This document shows positions 41,583 through 54,165 of a DNA stretch of 64,000 nt, piece by piece. Every line of letters starts with the position of its first letter. Position 1 is the first letter of the stretch. The notes under the pieces were generated by a model that was not told the origin of the DNA, made no database searches, and saw only the letters and a list, made by a program, of their open reading frames with translations. The position numbers were made by a program, and so were the translations under genes. This DNA is from Vicugna vicugna (lineage: Eukaryota), in assembly GCA_013265495.1 (NCBI GenBank), contig MU058054.1, positions 806,001 to 870,000 on the forward strand. Reading direction: 5' to 3'.

Positions 41583-44500
41583 GGCTCATGCTGAGTCACC
41601 AATGTCCCTTTAGATGGGCAAGGCGTTCTCAAGTCTCGCTCTGTCTTTACATCAGGCCCCAAGGGACCAGGGACTGGCCTTTGTAGGGCAACCAGGCGTC
41701 TGTTTGTTTGGGACAGTCCAATTCACACTTACTGTCCAGGTGTCATTATTAAGAGCATCCCTTTTCATTCTCAGAGTCCTGGACTGAGTAACAAGTTGTA
41801 TGGCCGCCCAGAGCCTCGGCCAGCCCTAGACCTGCCTGGCTCAGCCCAAGGTTGCTGTATCCAAAGCCCTCCGAAGGAAGGCCACTTGCTGTCTGTATAG
41901 CTTCCCAGCCCAAAGACATCGAAGCGGGGTTCACTCCACCGAGAAGGCCTTCAGTCGCCCTGCAGAGCTGACTTGGAGCCTCGCGGTGGCTCTCTCAAGG
42001 CCATGGCAGTGGCCAGCCCCAGAGGGCCCACAGCACTGACGCCAGGGGAGGCCGGGGAGGGATGGCCAGGCCTACACTTGGGGTCGACAGAGGCCAAGAG
42101 AAAGGAGAGCAGGGAGAGAAAGGAGTCTCGTTGCCAATCCCACCTCCATGTTTCTCTTGCCCAAAGTTAAAGGGAGAACTAAGGCTCCCCGACCTTTCAC
42201 CTCGACTCCCAGGGGGGCCTAGGGAAGAAGACACAGTGGTGGCTTTCAAGGTGAGACCAGTCATCACTCTGTATTTATTCTCTTCCAGAAACTTCTACCC
42301 TCTGGGATGAAATACATCAACTTGTCAGGGCCAGGGGCACGGCTTCTACCCAGGCCTACAGACAGACAGACCTACCAAGCCTTTAAGCGCTTGAACTAGG
42401 GTCAGAGTTAAAAAAAAAAAAAAATCTAGGTAATCCAACATGGGGGGGGGGTCCTTTTAGCACAGCCAGCAGAAGTCCCTCGCTTTAGGGGACACTTGGC
42501 AGAGACACAACCACAGGAAGGGAAGCAGGCAGTGTGAGCTGCCTGTCACACAAAACGGTACCACTCAGCCAGCCCCGGGACCCAGGACCTGGGTGGCAAC
42601 ATTCTTAAGGATTTCCCAACATACCACCATTCCAGCCTAGGCCAATGGGGAGCCTTTATATGCAACCCTAAAAATCAAGGTATGCTTTTCCCAATCTTTG
42701 AAGGGTTAAAGGCCAGGGAGGGAGGGATTTCACTGAGGGAGGAGGGGAGCAGACAGCTCCCTCCCCCTAATAAAAATTCTGGCAAGAGCACACAGTTTTG
42801 GAGAGGGGAAAAGGGCAAGGCCGGAAATCAAACACTGCTGTCTTGACATTTCATACGAAAACCTGACCTAACTGGATAGCCCAAGGCATCGGAGGCTTAT
42901 GTTTTCCCCTACTGCGAGCAAACAGGAGAAAATCGGTTTCTAAAATTCCGGAAGGTCCACGCAAACTTAAATCCCCAACCTGCTTCTTTTCTAAAGTGGG
43001 CACATCGCCCAAGAATCGCCGCAGCTGAAATCTGGTTTTAAGTGCCTTTTGGTGGCTGCCGCAGATGCGCCCAAGCCCATTTTATTGGGCAACGGAGAGC
43101 TAACAGAAGGCACAGTCTGTGTCCAAATGGGCTCCTAACACTTCCATCCCTCAAAGGTAATGCTGTAAACAGACACAGCGAAGGGCTTTCGCTTTGAAGT
43201 GGGCGAGGAATCAGCTACAGTTGCTTAAACATTGATCAAATCCTAACAAGACGGATAAAGAGAAAACACATCAAAAGGAGCGTATTTCGCATCTTCCCTG
43301 ATCAAGTCAGCCAACAGCTTCGGTCTGGAGGGTTAATGGGGCGGAGTTTTAACATCTTGGAGGGAGGGGAGGCGATGAAGGCTGTTTATAAATTCTCAGC
43401 TGGCCTTTGGCCAGGGCTGCTTTTATTGATCCAGGCAAACACAAATTATGATGCTTGACATGACTTGTGTATACACATGGCCATCTGAGAACAGTCACAG
43501 GCCTCAGTGAAGGAGACGGCAAGAAATCAAAGGCAGGCAGGCCGGACGGGGGACAAGAAATACCCAGACCCACAGAGCAGCATTCCAGCCACCGGGAGAA
43601 GCTGAGCGGGGGCTTTTCCTCCGAGGGGAGGTGGCTGTTTACTCAGACAGATGAGGTGGGTTCCCTGGGGGGCAAATGTCCTGGGGAGCCACTCAGAGCA
43701 GCCGTGAGCTGATCGGAAAGAATGGATAGCAAGCCCCGCCAGCAGGCTCTCCCCGCACCCACCCTCCCCTGCAGTGGCTGCCCAGCCCTGATGTCATGTG
43801 GGGGAGCCGGAGCCCAGGGACGGGAACCGAGCAGAAGGCCGTGAGCAATGCCTCTGCCTCACCCACTCAGGGGGTTTCCTGCAGCAACGGTGGCTTCCTG
43901 ACACCCTGGGCATCCACATCCCCACCCAGAGAAGGATCAGGCTGGAAGACTGAGCAGCTCTCCGGCCAGCAACTCCATGAACCCACAAGGAGACTAGCCC
44001 ATAGAGGAGAGGGGACATTCCCAGGGGCCTTGCCCACGCGTGGGGCCTCTGACCCCCATCCACTGTGCCTCCTGGTGTCCTAGACTGGAGCTGCCCCTTC
44101 TGACGTTCGCCCAGAGCACAGGCAACAGGTGCTGATGAACTTGGGAGGGCAGAAGGCAGGGGAGCTGATGATAGGGACAACATCTCTCCCAGGAAGGTCT
44201 GACCCCAAGCAGCTCCGATTCTGTGGCTAAGAGGAAGGCGTGGGCAACACCCAGAAAGGAGAACTCCAGAGGGCGAATTACAAGCTGTTTCCAATCCTTC
44301 AAGAAAGAAGCCATTTGACCTGTCATTCCGATGCCCGTGGGCATTCTGATCCGATGACCAAGAAAAATTAGACTTGAAAGAAATAATCAATGCCCCCTAA
44401 CACTACTAATGGCTATAATCACATACCTTAAACACTGGCTTTGAAGATAAAAAGTGAGTTGGCAACACTGAAAACTGCAAAATCAACTTGGGGGAAAAAA

Positions 44501-47500
44501 CAGACCCCCGAGAAAAAAAGTTCAGCACAAACTAAAACTGGAAGCCGCTAAAACTGCAGGCAGTCAAAGTCACTGACTAAAAATTGATGGACAAAAATCC
44601 AATAACTCAGATCCGCAAAGTTTTACCCAGGAAAATTGGCTCTGGTGGAAATAATGGCAAAAAAGAAGGTTCCAAAATGGCAGAAGCTAAAAGCAGGACC
44701 AACAGCAAGCAAGCAAACAGAAGAGAAGCAAGTTTTGTTACAAAACGCGCACAGAAAAGAACGGGCACTGATGGAAGTCGTTTCAGTTTACAAAAAAAAA
44801 CGAAAAAGATGAAGTCAGACAAAGTTTACCTGGAGTACACAGAAAACGGCTGAGGATATTAAGATGACTCGCAGTTTAAAAATGGCAAAATGAAAAAATG
44901 TCCTAGACTTTTTCAGGAAAGGTGGGCAAAGGGCCAGCCCAGGAAAGCCCCTGGTCTGGGGCTCCGTCCCAGCTTCCCTGAAGAGGGAGTCGGGACCGTC
45001 CCCTCTGCTGGACACTTGTCATCACGCCGAGAGCAGGGCCAGGCATCATGGAGGATCGGACTCCGGAGCGAAGAGCAGACATGGTAGCAAAAACACCTTC
45101 AGCCACCAGGAGATGGCCTTCTGGTCCCAGCCAGACCCCTGACGTGACCATAGGCAGGTCCTCACCGTGGGGACACACCCCTACTGTAAATTGGAGGATG
45201 GACCAGACAGGCCTAGGGCCTGCCTGCTAGGAAGCCCTGAGACCATGTGCTGGCCCTCCTTGGAGGATCCAGCGACCTCCCGTTCTCCACCCCGGGGGTG
45301 GGGCAGTTACAGGGGAGAAGGAAACACTTTGGTGGGGAAGGTGGGGGAGGTCAGGGAGGAGGCCAGGAGGCCATTTTCATCTCTCCCTCTCTGTAAGTTC
45401 TGCATTCTCTCCAATAAGCATATATTACAGTTGTGATGGGGGGGCAGGGGGAGGAAGGATTAAGAAAAAAGCCAAAACACCTGCTCTAAGAATAACCGAC
45501 TCCAGAATGTATTTACTCACAGAAAAGGTCCAGATGACCCTGGGAGCTCCAGATGGCACAAGCTCGAATTTATTTGCAATTAAACACGGGGGCAGGGTCA
45601 AGTTTTAAGTCCAAGGCAATGGATTTACAATGTTGGGATTTCATGTAAGTATCATCTGGGGGAGGAGGTGGATTTGCTGTCTCCCTGAAGTTGCTGCTCT
45701 GGCCTCGGGTATTCGGGCTTCTTCTCCCAAACGCTGGTCATTTGGTGGTTCAAACCCACTCCAGTGGGGTCACTCGGCTTTACAAACAACATGCTACAAA
45801 ATCCTGGCTGAGAAGGACACATACCAAATTTAAGAGAGTAAGTACCTGTGGGAAGGGAGGGAGGAGAACGGGAAAGGGATGGGGTAACAGGGGGCCTTCA
45901 GCAGTCTTCTTAGATATTTTGTAGTAAAGAAATAAGACATTACAGATACCTGAAGTGAATATGGAAAAAAACATTAACATTTGATATACCCAGTGGAAGG
46001 TCCGAGTTACCATCTACCTGTTTCCAATTTTTATAACACAATGAAAACACACACATGAAACCCCCACAACAACAGAGCAAGGCAGGAATGGCTTCTGGCG
46101 GCATGGAGAGGGTGTCTGAATCAGCACAGAGCCAGCTGAAAAAGTCCAAGTTCAAAGTCCTCTGGTATGTAAACACTCAGGAAATTCTTGGCCTGAGAGT
46201 ATATACACAACATATTAACTTGTCTCTGTCTTCTAAAGTTTTTGTTAGCATAGGAAAAAGAGTTTTGTTTTGCTTTGTTTTTAAACAAGTGAGTGGAAGG
46301 GAAAATGAAAACTATTATTGAGAGATGGCCTCCTTGGTACCAGGTACACTTGGCAAGAAGTTTGGGGTGTCAGTTCATCTAATCTTAATAAAGAAGGGTG
46401 CTGTGACCCCTTCCTCTCCCAGAGAGGGAAACTGAAATTCCAGAGGGCCAACCACTGGCCCAAGGTCACACAGCCAGCAAGGAGGGCTGAGAAAGGCTGG
46501 GCCCAGGGCGGCCTCCCGGACTCCTGGCACAGGGCAGGGGCCCAGGGGTGAGAGGCGTTCACTGGGGTCCATCTTTCTGACCCTCACTTGCAGTTACCCT
46601 CCGTGGGGTCCCTCTCTCTCCCCTACATCCCTCCTGTCACCCTCACAAGGCCAGAGCCCAGATTCCCAAGCCATGTGCTTCCTGAAACACAGCCCTTCTC
46701 TTCCATCCTGTCTCTGCAGCTCCTTCTCCAGCACCTCCCCACACCACACTCCTAAGACAGCGAGTGTCTTCCCCATCACGACACTGGGAGGTCCTGAAGG
46801 GCAGACGGCTTGGGCTCCCGTCCCCTCCCCATGCCTTACGGGCTCGTTCAACATCACCTCTTAAACCTCAGTCTCCTTGTCTGTAAAATAAAGTGTCACT
46901 GCTCTGCTGCACGTGGTCACCGTGAGCGCTGGGTTCAGTAACACACCCATGGCTCAGAACGGGGCCTGGCAGAGTCATGAGCAAGTATTTACCATCAGCA
47001 TAACGGTCCTTAAAAACTCCAGGTAAATACAGTTTCCCTCAGTCCTGGACTTCAGATTCTCGGAGAGCAGGCATCGTGTCTTTAGTGACCTCACCCCCAC
47101 CCCCACCCCCCACAGCACTTGGTGTCGGGGAAGAGAGGACGCCCAGGAAAGAGCTGGGCACCTTGAAGGAAGGATCCCCTCCACCCTTTAAGACAGCCTG
47201 TTAGGAAGGAAAACAGTGAAGCAAGAACAGGGATGTCTCAGAAGCAGCTTTTCTTAGTGCCGCTCTGACAATTCGGGGTCTGCGTGTAACTGACACACAC
47301 CCACACGCAAGCCCAAGTGAGACGGGGGAGATGACATCACAGGACTTCACCTCAAACAAATCAGGGAGTTAGCATTTCAAAAGGCCTCTGATGGTTCGGT
47401 GACATCTCAAAGCCCTAGTTCTTCTGAGCTTAGGGAGGCTCAGGAAGAGGTCCTGCTGCAAACGTGGAGACACTGACACACATTCCCTGCTAATTGACCA

Positions 47501-48979
47501 CAGGCTGACTTCGCTCACACAACAGCAGATGCTAACGTGCAAGGCTGGGGCTCGGCTTGTGGCGAGCTTGGGGAAAAACCAGGCTTCTTCGAGGGAGGGA
47601 GAAACCACCGTGTTCTCCCCTGCACCAGGGTGGCATGCAGTGCGCAGCAGCACATTTGACCCAAGCGCACGGAAGAGGGTGACTCTGATTGGACTGTTCT
47701 ATTCCCCCTACGCTAACATGAGCACATCTTGGGTGCTAAACACAAAAGGCTTAAAGCAGACAAGCTCCCAGGAGGCAGAGGCAGTGGCGGCTGGAGCACT
47801 GGAAAGCAGGCTCTGGTCCCAGCTCTGGCGTTCCCGGCTGTGTGACTTCGAGCAAGTCGCTTACCCTCCCTGAATCTCTCAGTTGCCTCATTCAGAAAAT
47901 GAGAAGGTTTGAACAAATCACTCCAAAGGGCCCTGCCAGTTTTTAAATTGTTAGAAAGGGGGATATTTGAGTCTGTTTTACTCTCTCAAACCCAGACTTG
48001 AGGCAAAAAACAGAGGAACTTCTGGGTGCCACCCCCCAGCCCCACTCCCCGCACACGCACCCATCTGCTTCTGCGAGTTTTGTGTGTTGGTCCCTGAAAG
48101 TCTTCCGAGCTCTTTTCTAATTTGTGGTTAATTACAAGGAACTGCACTTACATTCGTTTTTGGGTTCGCAAATGGAAAATACTAATGACTTTGTAAATTA
48201 ATTTCAGATTTGGCTCCATCATTTTTGGCAATAAGATTATACTTTGTTTTCCTTCTCATTGTTTTTAAAGGCAAATGGAAACACAGCCCACCCCTCAAAA
48301 ATACATTAAAGTTTCCAATTAAGTTGTTCTGGAAAAAACAGCAATATAACATTGGCATCCGGGGCAAACTTACGTTACAGTGTGGAAGATGACAGCTATG
48401 AGCCTGGAAGTGCTCAAATGGGCCGGTGGGACACAGCTTTTCTCTGGCAAGAAGACAGAGAAGAGGTCTGGGAGGGCTTCCCCACTCCCACCAGCAGCTC
48501 AGCAAATGCCAGCGAGTTCAGCCTTCATAAGGTCGGACTGTCCCCGCGGCCTGCCTGGAGGGCGGCACAGACCCCGCGCAGGGAGGCCATGTCCCCGCCA
48601 CTGCGTCTGGGTGGGCTACCCACGTCACCCTGGGTGTGACACCACACCAGGCCACAAACAGGCTGGACAAGTGTGTCAAGAGAGGTGACCGGAAGGATAA
48701 GGAGGTGCAAAACGTGGGTCAGAAAACAGACGAGGAAGCTGACGACGATCCGCAGGGAGGAGAGAAGGTCGAGGGGACAACAGAGCCAAATGTCCCCCAG
48801 GATGGAAGGCCGGCCAGCGGGCTGTTCTAAGGGGTGGAGTAGAAGTTTACAGGGAGGGTGATTTTTGCTCAACTCAGGAGGAGTTTACTGGAAGGGGAGA
48901 AAATCCAAGGGCTGCCTTAGGGTGATGAATGGAACGGGCTGGCAGCTCGTTAACTGATGAAAAAGCCCGTCGTGGGGGT

Positions 48980-49184
48980 TGGGGGTTAACAGATACACAC
49001 CACTAAATATAAAGCAGACAAACAAGGACCTACTGTACCGCACAGGGAACTATATTCAATTTCTTGTCATAACACACAATGGAAACGAATCTGGAAAGAA
49101 AAAATATACATGTATGTATGTATAACTGACTCACTTTGCTGTACACCTGAAATTAACATTGTAAATCAACTACACATCAAAAAA
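48980..49184 (+). mobile_element. LINE-1 3' UTR fragment (artiodactyl type)
   Basis: aacaaggacctactgtaccgcacagggaactatattcaat...tataactgactcactttgctgtacacctgaaa, homologous to 28650-28800. Confidence 0.85.
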
Positions 49185-51619
49185 ATTTTTATTAAGCCTG
49201 TATTATGTTAAAATCAGGCTTCCTGGTTATGCAGCACTGTTACGTGCCTCACACAACAGTTCCGCCAGGGCAACAACCCAAGCTATTTCTGAGATCACCT
49301 TCCTCGACACGGTAGCAGGGCCTCTGCTCCAAGCTCCGCAGCAAATAAATGCAGGTGAGAGGACCTGAACTGGGTCTAAGCAGTGTTCCTTCCCCCAGCA
49401 TTCCTCCTACTCTGAAGCCTGACCCCGCTGCGTCTCGCCGATGGAAGGCCATCCAGAGTCCCAGGGGGCCCCAATGCCATGCAGTGTAAATGTGCCTTAA
49501 TTTTCCAGCTCAGGAAAGGGCAAATGGTGAGGCTGTTCAGCTCCAAGCCCCCTGGCAGGGGCGGCAGGGACAGAGTCATTGACCCAGCCAGTGTTTAATC
49601 CTCAGTATCCACTTCCTGACAAGCACTGTGAGGCTCAGGCGGAGATGCCCAGACTGGGAACATGCCGTTCAGACAGGGGAGGAGGCACACGCTCCAGGAT
49701 CTACGGTGCAGATTCTATACGGCTGGTGTCTCTAGGACTTGGCTTCCTGCCTCGTGAAGTGAACGGCTGGCTCGACAGTTACCCTCCTGTCACAAAGTCC
49801 CCTGTCTCTGAAGCGTAGGTCCTCTCAGACAGCCAGCAGTTTGGACTGGGTTCTCTGCAGCTCTGCCCGAGCTCTGATGCTCCGGGAGGACCAGACCCTG
49901 AGCTGGCCATGCGTAATGAGGGAAGAGGGGCGGAGAGGAGGGACAAAGGGGTGCCCTGATGGGGCTCACACACACTCTGTCTTTCATGTAACACAGCTTA
50001 CTCAGCCAGACAGCCTCCTAAAGAAGCAGTGTCTCCCGGGCAGGCGGACTTCTGAACAGGGTGGACTGGCTGTCCCTGCCCCCATGTGACAGCTGGTAAA
50101 ACCAAAGACCAGACAAGGCCTCACGAGAAGGGACTGGGGCAAGCTGGGCTTCCCTGTAGGACCAGTACTGGACCCTGATCACAGACAGGCAGTGCGGTGT
50201 AGTGGCTGAAAAAAAAATCAGGGCTGTGGAGAGACACTCGGCATTGAAATCCCAGCTCCCCCTGAGTTGTGTGACCTCAGAAAGTACCAGATCCTTGCAC
50301 CTCAGTCTCCTCCTCCTTACAACGGCGCTGGGAGGCATCCCTGAAGTTGACGGTGACCAGCACCCTGCGTGGCACCCCACAGGGCAGACGTCAGTCACTA
50401 TTCCCCGTCCCGTAGCGCTGTGATTGCTCTCAGATAGCAAACAAAGCAAGCATACACTGCAGACAGAATCCGAGACATCTGGGAATGGAGCTCAATGCCT
50501 GCTTGCTGGCTAGACAGGCGGACAGACAGATGGACAAGAGTCAAACCCCCTTAGTTCTGAGGTCCTGTATCTTCTATTCCACGGCCATCTGAGCCCTTGC
50601 ATGAGATCTCCCTGCTTGGAGCCTCAGCTTGCCGCCCTGTGAAATGGGGGTGAGGCCTGTACTTCAGAGGGGCGCCGTACAGTCTAACCACGCTGCTGGG
50701 CAGGCTCCTCAGAGGTCAAAGGCAGTACCACACAGCACAAGGTAACACCCAATAAGTCTTGCCGGAGCACGTATTCAGTAAATATTTGGTGAGTGAGCGA
50801 CTGCATGACCGCACGCATGCATTCAAGAACTTGCTCAATCCCAGTCTCCCCAAATTCTTGGGGTTTCTCCAAGCAGAAAGTCTCAGCTGCTTGGAGCCTC
50901 TTGAAGTGCCCAGCATTCCCAGGTGGTAGCGGGAGCAGGGCCCAGCACGCTGGCCTCTACAATTACTGCCCATCACCGGCTCCCCACGGCCCCCTCCACC
51001 TCCCTCCCCCAGCTACCACCTGCCCCGCCCCCTACTGGCTAAAGAACCTGCGATTACAAGGAATGCTGCTCTACACACACACATCACCCCAACCAAAGCA
51101 CATCCAGGCCTTCTGAACTGATGTCCTGAAGCCCTTGCTGAACAGGCCAGCCATCATACCCCTCCTGTGACCTAGAGCCTTCTTGGAGCACATGGCCCCC
51201 GTGCTACGCTGTGTGCAAATTTTCTTGCTCTGTGTTGGGAAAAACAGACAGGTGAATGGAAGGCTCTGGAGTCAGCAGGTCCTGGTCCAAATTCCAACTC
51301 CACCTCTGACTGTGTGGCCTTGGGGAAGTTGCTTAGCCTCCCTGGGCCTCCTCTACCTCCTTTGTCACAATGCCCATGCTATCCATCTACCACGCAAGGT
51401 TGAGAGAATTCACTAGAACGGCAAGGGTAGAGTGCCAAGCACAGTGCCTGGGACACAGGAGACACTCTGCAAATGCAAGTGGCCCCTGCTCCCCAGAGAC
51501 CTGAGCTCCAGCCCTGCCCTGCTCCTCACTGGCTGTCACAGCGAGTCACAGCCCCTGTGAACGCAATTATTCCTCTCCAAATTGAGGTGATGTTAGCTGA
51601 CCTAACAAATAAATCCCAG

Positions 51620-51940
51620 AGCTTCACTGTCCGGTACAGCAGCCACCAGTCACACGCCCCTGCTGAGCACCTGAAATGTGGCCAGACCGGAGTGAGATGG
51701 GCTGTAAGTGGAGAGAACACGCTGACTTCAGAGACTTAGTATGATTTTTAAAAAGGATGTCAAATGTCTCATTAATAACCTTTACATTGAGTAAACGCTG
51801 AAATGATCATGTATTTGCATATATTATATTAAACACAGTATTATTTAAAATTAATTTCAACTTCCTGTTTGCATTTTAACGTAGCTAGTAATTTCCAATT
51901 ACACAGGCAGCGCGCAGTGCATTTCTATCAGACAGCACGG
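51620..51940 (+). mobile_element. MER33-like hAT-Charlie element
   Basis: cagccaccagtcacac...gagcacctgaaatgtggcc..., an AT-rich core, then catttctatcagacagcac. Confidence 0.7.
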
Positions 51941-52194
51941 TTCTAGGATGCTAAGCGATCGGGAGTTAGTGCTCTGGGCAATACTGTCTCCCTAAGAAGA
52001 CTGCATTTCCTTCTGGAGGGAGGACCCCTGTTAGCTCTTATTCTTTTCCCCCAATAGCACTTAACACAAAATGTTCAAGGTGCATCCTGAAATACTCTTA
52101 GGGATCTGATGAATAAAGTCTTAAGATTTTAGAAATGACCAAGCAGTCACCATGCACCGGGAACCATGTGTCGGTGGGTAAAAACATACACCAG

Positions 52195-52345
52195 CTCACT
52201 TAATCCTTACGGGATCCGCATCTTGCAGATAACAAAACTGAGGCTCAGAAAGGTTGAGCGACTGGCCCAAGGCCGCCAGGTGATCAGGGGCAACAGATGG
52301 GACCCAAACCCAGGCTGCTCTGAACCCAAATCCAGGCTCTTTTCC
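52195..52345 (-). mobile_element. MIR SINE
   Basis: tgcagataacaaaactgaggctcagaaaggttgagcgactggcccaagg...ccaggctgctctgaacccaaatccaggctctt. Confidence 0.7.
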
Positions 52346-53994
52346 GTTGTCCACGAGAAAGCAAGCAGTCCCCACTCTTTGTTCGAGTGAGGCTTCCGTA
52401 TCACACACATCCTGGAAGAACTCCAGCCCTAGCAATGCTCTGCCTCCCTTCCCCACCCCCACCAACACCAAAGGATTTCCCAGCAAGTCAGAAATGACAC
52501 ACTACCAAACGGAGTCCATGCATAACCCTATCCACGTCTGGCCTGGGCTGTGTTAGCTCAGAATGAGTCACATTTTAAAAGGGGTGACTGATAGGGAAGG
52601 TGGATTCTGTCCTGCTGCCTATGAACTTCCTGCCTGATGTGCAGGTGAGGACTGGAAACAACAACAAAAAAAGGTGAAAAGCAAAGGGCCCAATGAGATT
52701 CATTTTTTCAGAGGACCTCACTTGCAATGAGCAGCCCCAAGTTTCAGAAACTCAGCTCCATTAAAAATCACCTCCCTCCCCGTCCCGGACCACACTGTCC
52801 TCTGGGCTCTGGCTGTCCACTCAAGCCTTCCACAGGATGCAGAAGACATAGCCTTGTACCTTAAAGGATTCACCAAACAGGGTACAAACAACCTGCAAAA
52901 TCAAAGATGCAGGAGCTGCCCAGCATTGTCCACAAAGGGTAGGAAGCAGATGAGGATGAGAAACAGGTCTCTCCTTATCTAACCCATCCGAGCTCACAGG
53001 GAGAAGCAGCCTACAGGCCGAGCTCAGCGTGGGGAAAGGCTGGGAGCAGGGGTGGGGGCACAGGGCGGGGTGCAGTCTGGGAGGGCTTCACCGAGGAAGC
53101 TGCGTCTGCAGGAGAAGCAGGGTTCAGGCAGGGCCAGGGGACATGCCGAGGGTTGGCTGTGTCAAGCCGGTCACTTAACCTCTCAACCTCTCTGTTTCCT
53201 TTTTTAAAGGGGGTGGGGGTGGGCAGCAGGCAGAGAGGGAGGAGACAGAGGAAAAACAAAACACTGGGGAGACGGCTCACATTCTACCTCAGACAGGGTA
53301 AATATTTACTCATCCATTCACAAACCTGGCTCTGGAGAGCACCCTGGGTTGGGGACACCTGGGTTTATGCTGGTGTCTGGTCTTGATTGGAGGCCTGGGC
53401 GCCTAGTGTTTGGTCCGTGGCACAGAGTCCAGCCCTACACCTTGTCTGTCTGCGAGCTGAATGGATGGCATTTGATGGCAGTGGAAAAACTGACTGCTAC
53501 GATGACCCTGCCACTCACGCCGAGACACGGGGAGCCACCGGGCAAACTGCTCTCCGCCGAATGCCCATCTCGCGTGGGAACGCCCTGAGTGTGTGAGCCT
53601 TTGTGGCGGGGGGCTCGCCTGACCCTCATCAGGGAGCTGGAGGGAGGCTGCTGGCCCCCCATTCCGGGGATGGGGACTCTCAGAATCAGCAAGGCCACAC
53701 AAGTCAGAGACACACCGAAGGCAAACTGGAACCAGCCCAGACTATTGCCTGAGCTCTCCCGCACTAGCCACGGAGCGGAGGGAAACACTCAGCGGTCCAA
53801 CAAGTGTTTACCGGGGGCCTACTGTGTGCCAGGCACTGTCCACTGGGGACACAGCCATGGACAGGGCAGGGGAGGACCCTGTCCCTGGGGAGCCGGCATG
53901 CCACGCGAGGAGACTGCCCCTGAACATAGAATAAAAAATTAAGATGATTTTAGTGGTGACACAGGCTCCATGTCTGAGGTGGGAGGCTCAGCCA

Positions 53995-54165
53995 CTGGAC
54001 CACTGGAGTGTGAAGGTCGATAAGGAGCCCCACGAAGCACGTTTAAATGAAGATTCCCAGACCTCACCCAGGGATTCCGCTACAAGTCGAGGGAGCGGCC
54101 AGGAAATCTGCATCTTCAGGAGCTGGCCGGGAGCCCGGAGGCGGGAGGTCCCGGACCCCCAGCTG
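53995..54165. mobile_element. MER5-like hAT relic
   Basis: tttaaatgaagattcccagacctcacccagggattcc...ccaggaaatctgcatctt. Confidence 0.45.

Noticed and set aside
42358..42371. CAGACAGACAGAC as an autoregulatory SMAD-binding element
   Set aside because: Short (CAGA)n runs are common simple repeats and also occur at 22.7 and 50.5 kb. No supporting context.
44560..44920. Lys-rich 89-aa ORF
   Set aside because: A-rich degenerate sequence resembling an old L1 remnant; base composition explains the translation.
46730..46800. Possible counterpart of another SMAD3 alternative first exon (GGGGAG|GTGCTG on minus)
   Set aside because: Weak donor, the phase-2 frame has a TAG six codons upstream, and the nearby ATG is not in frame with exon 2. 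Cannot be supported without an alignment.
48525..48872. Hydrophobic, TM-like ORF on minus and acidic ORF on plus
   Set aside because: Purine-skewed sequence with no recognisable homology or convincing exon boundaries.
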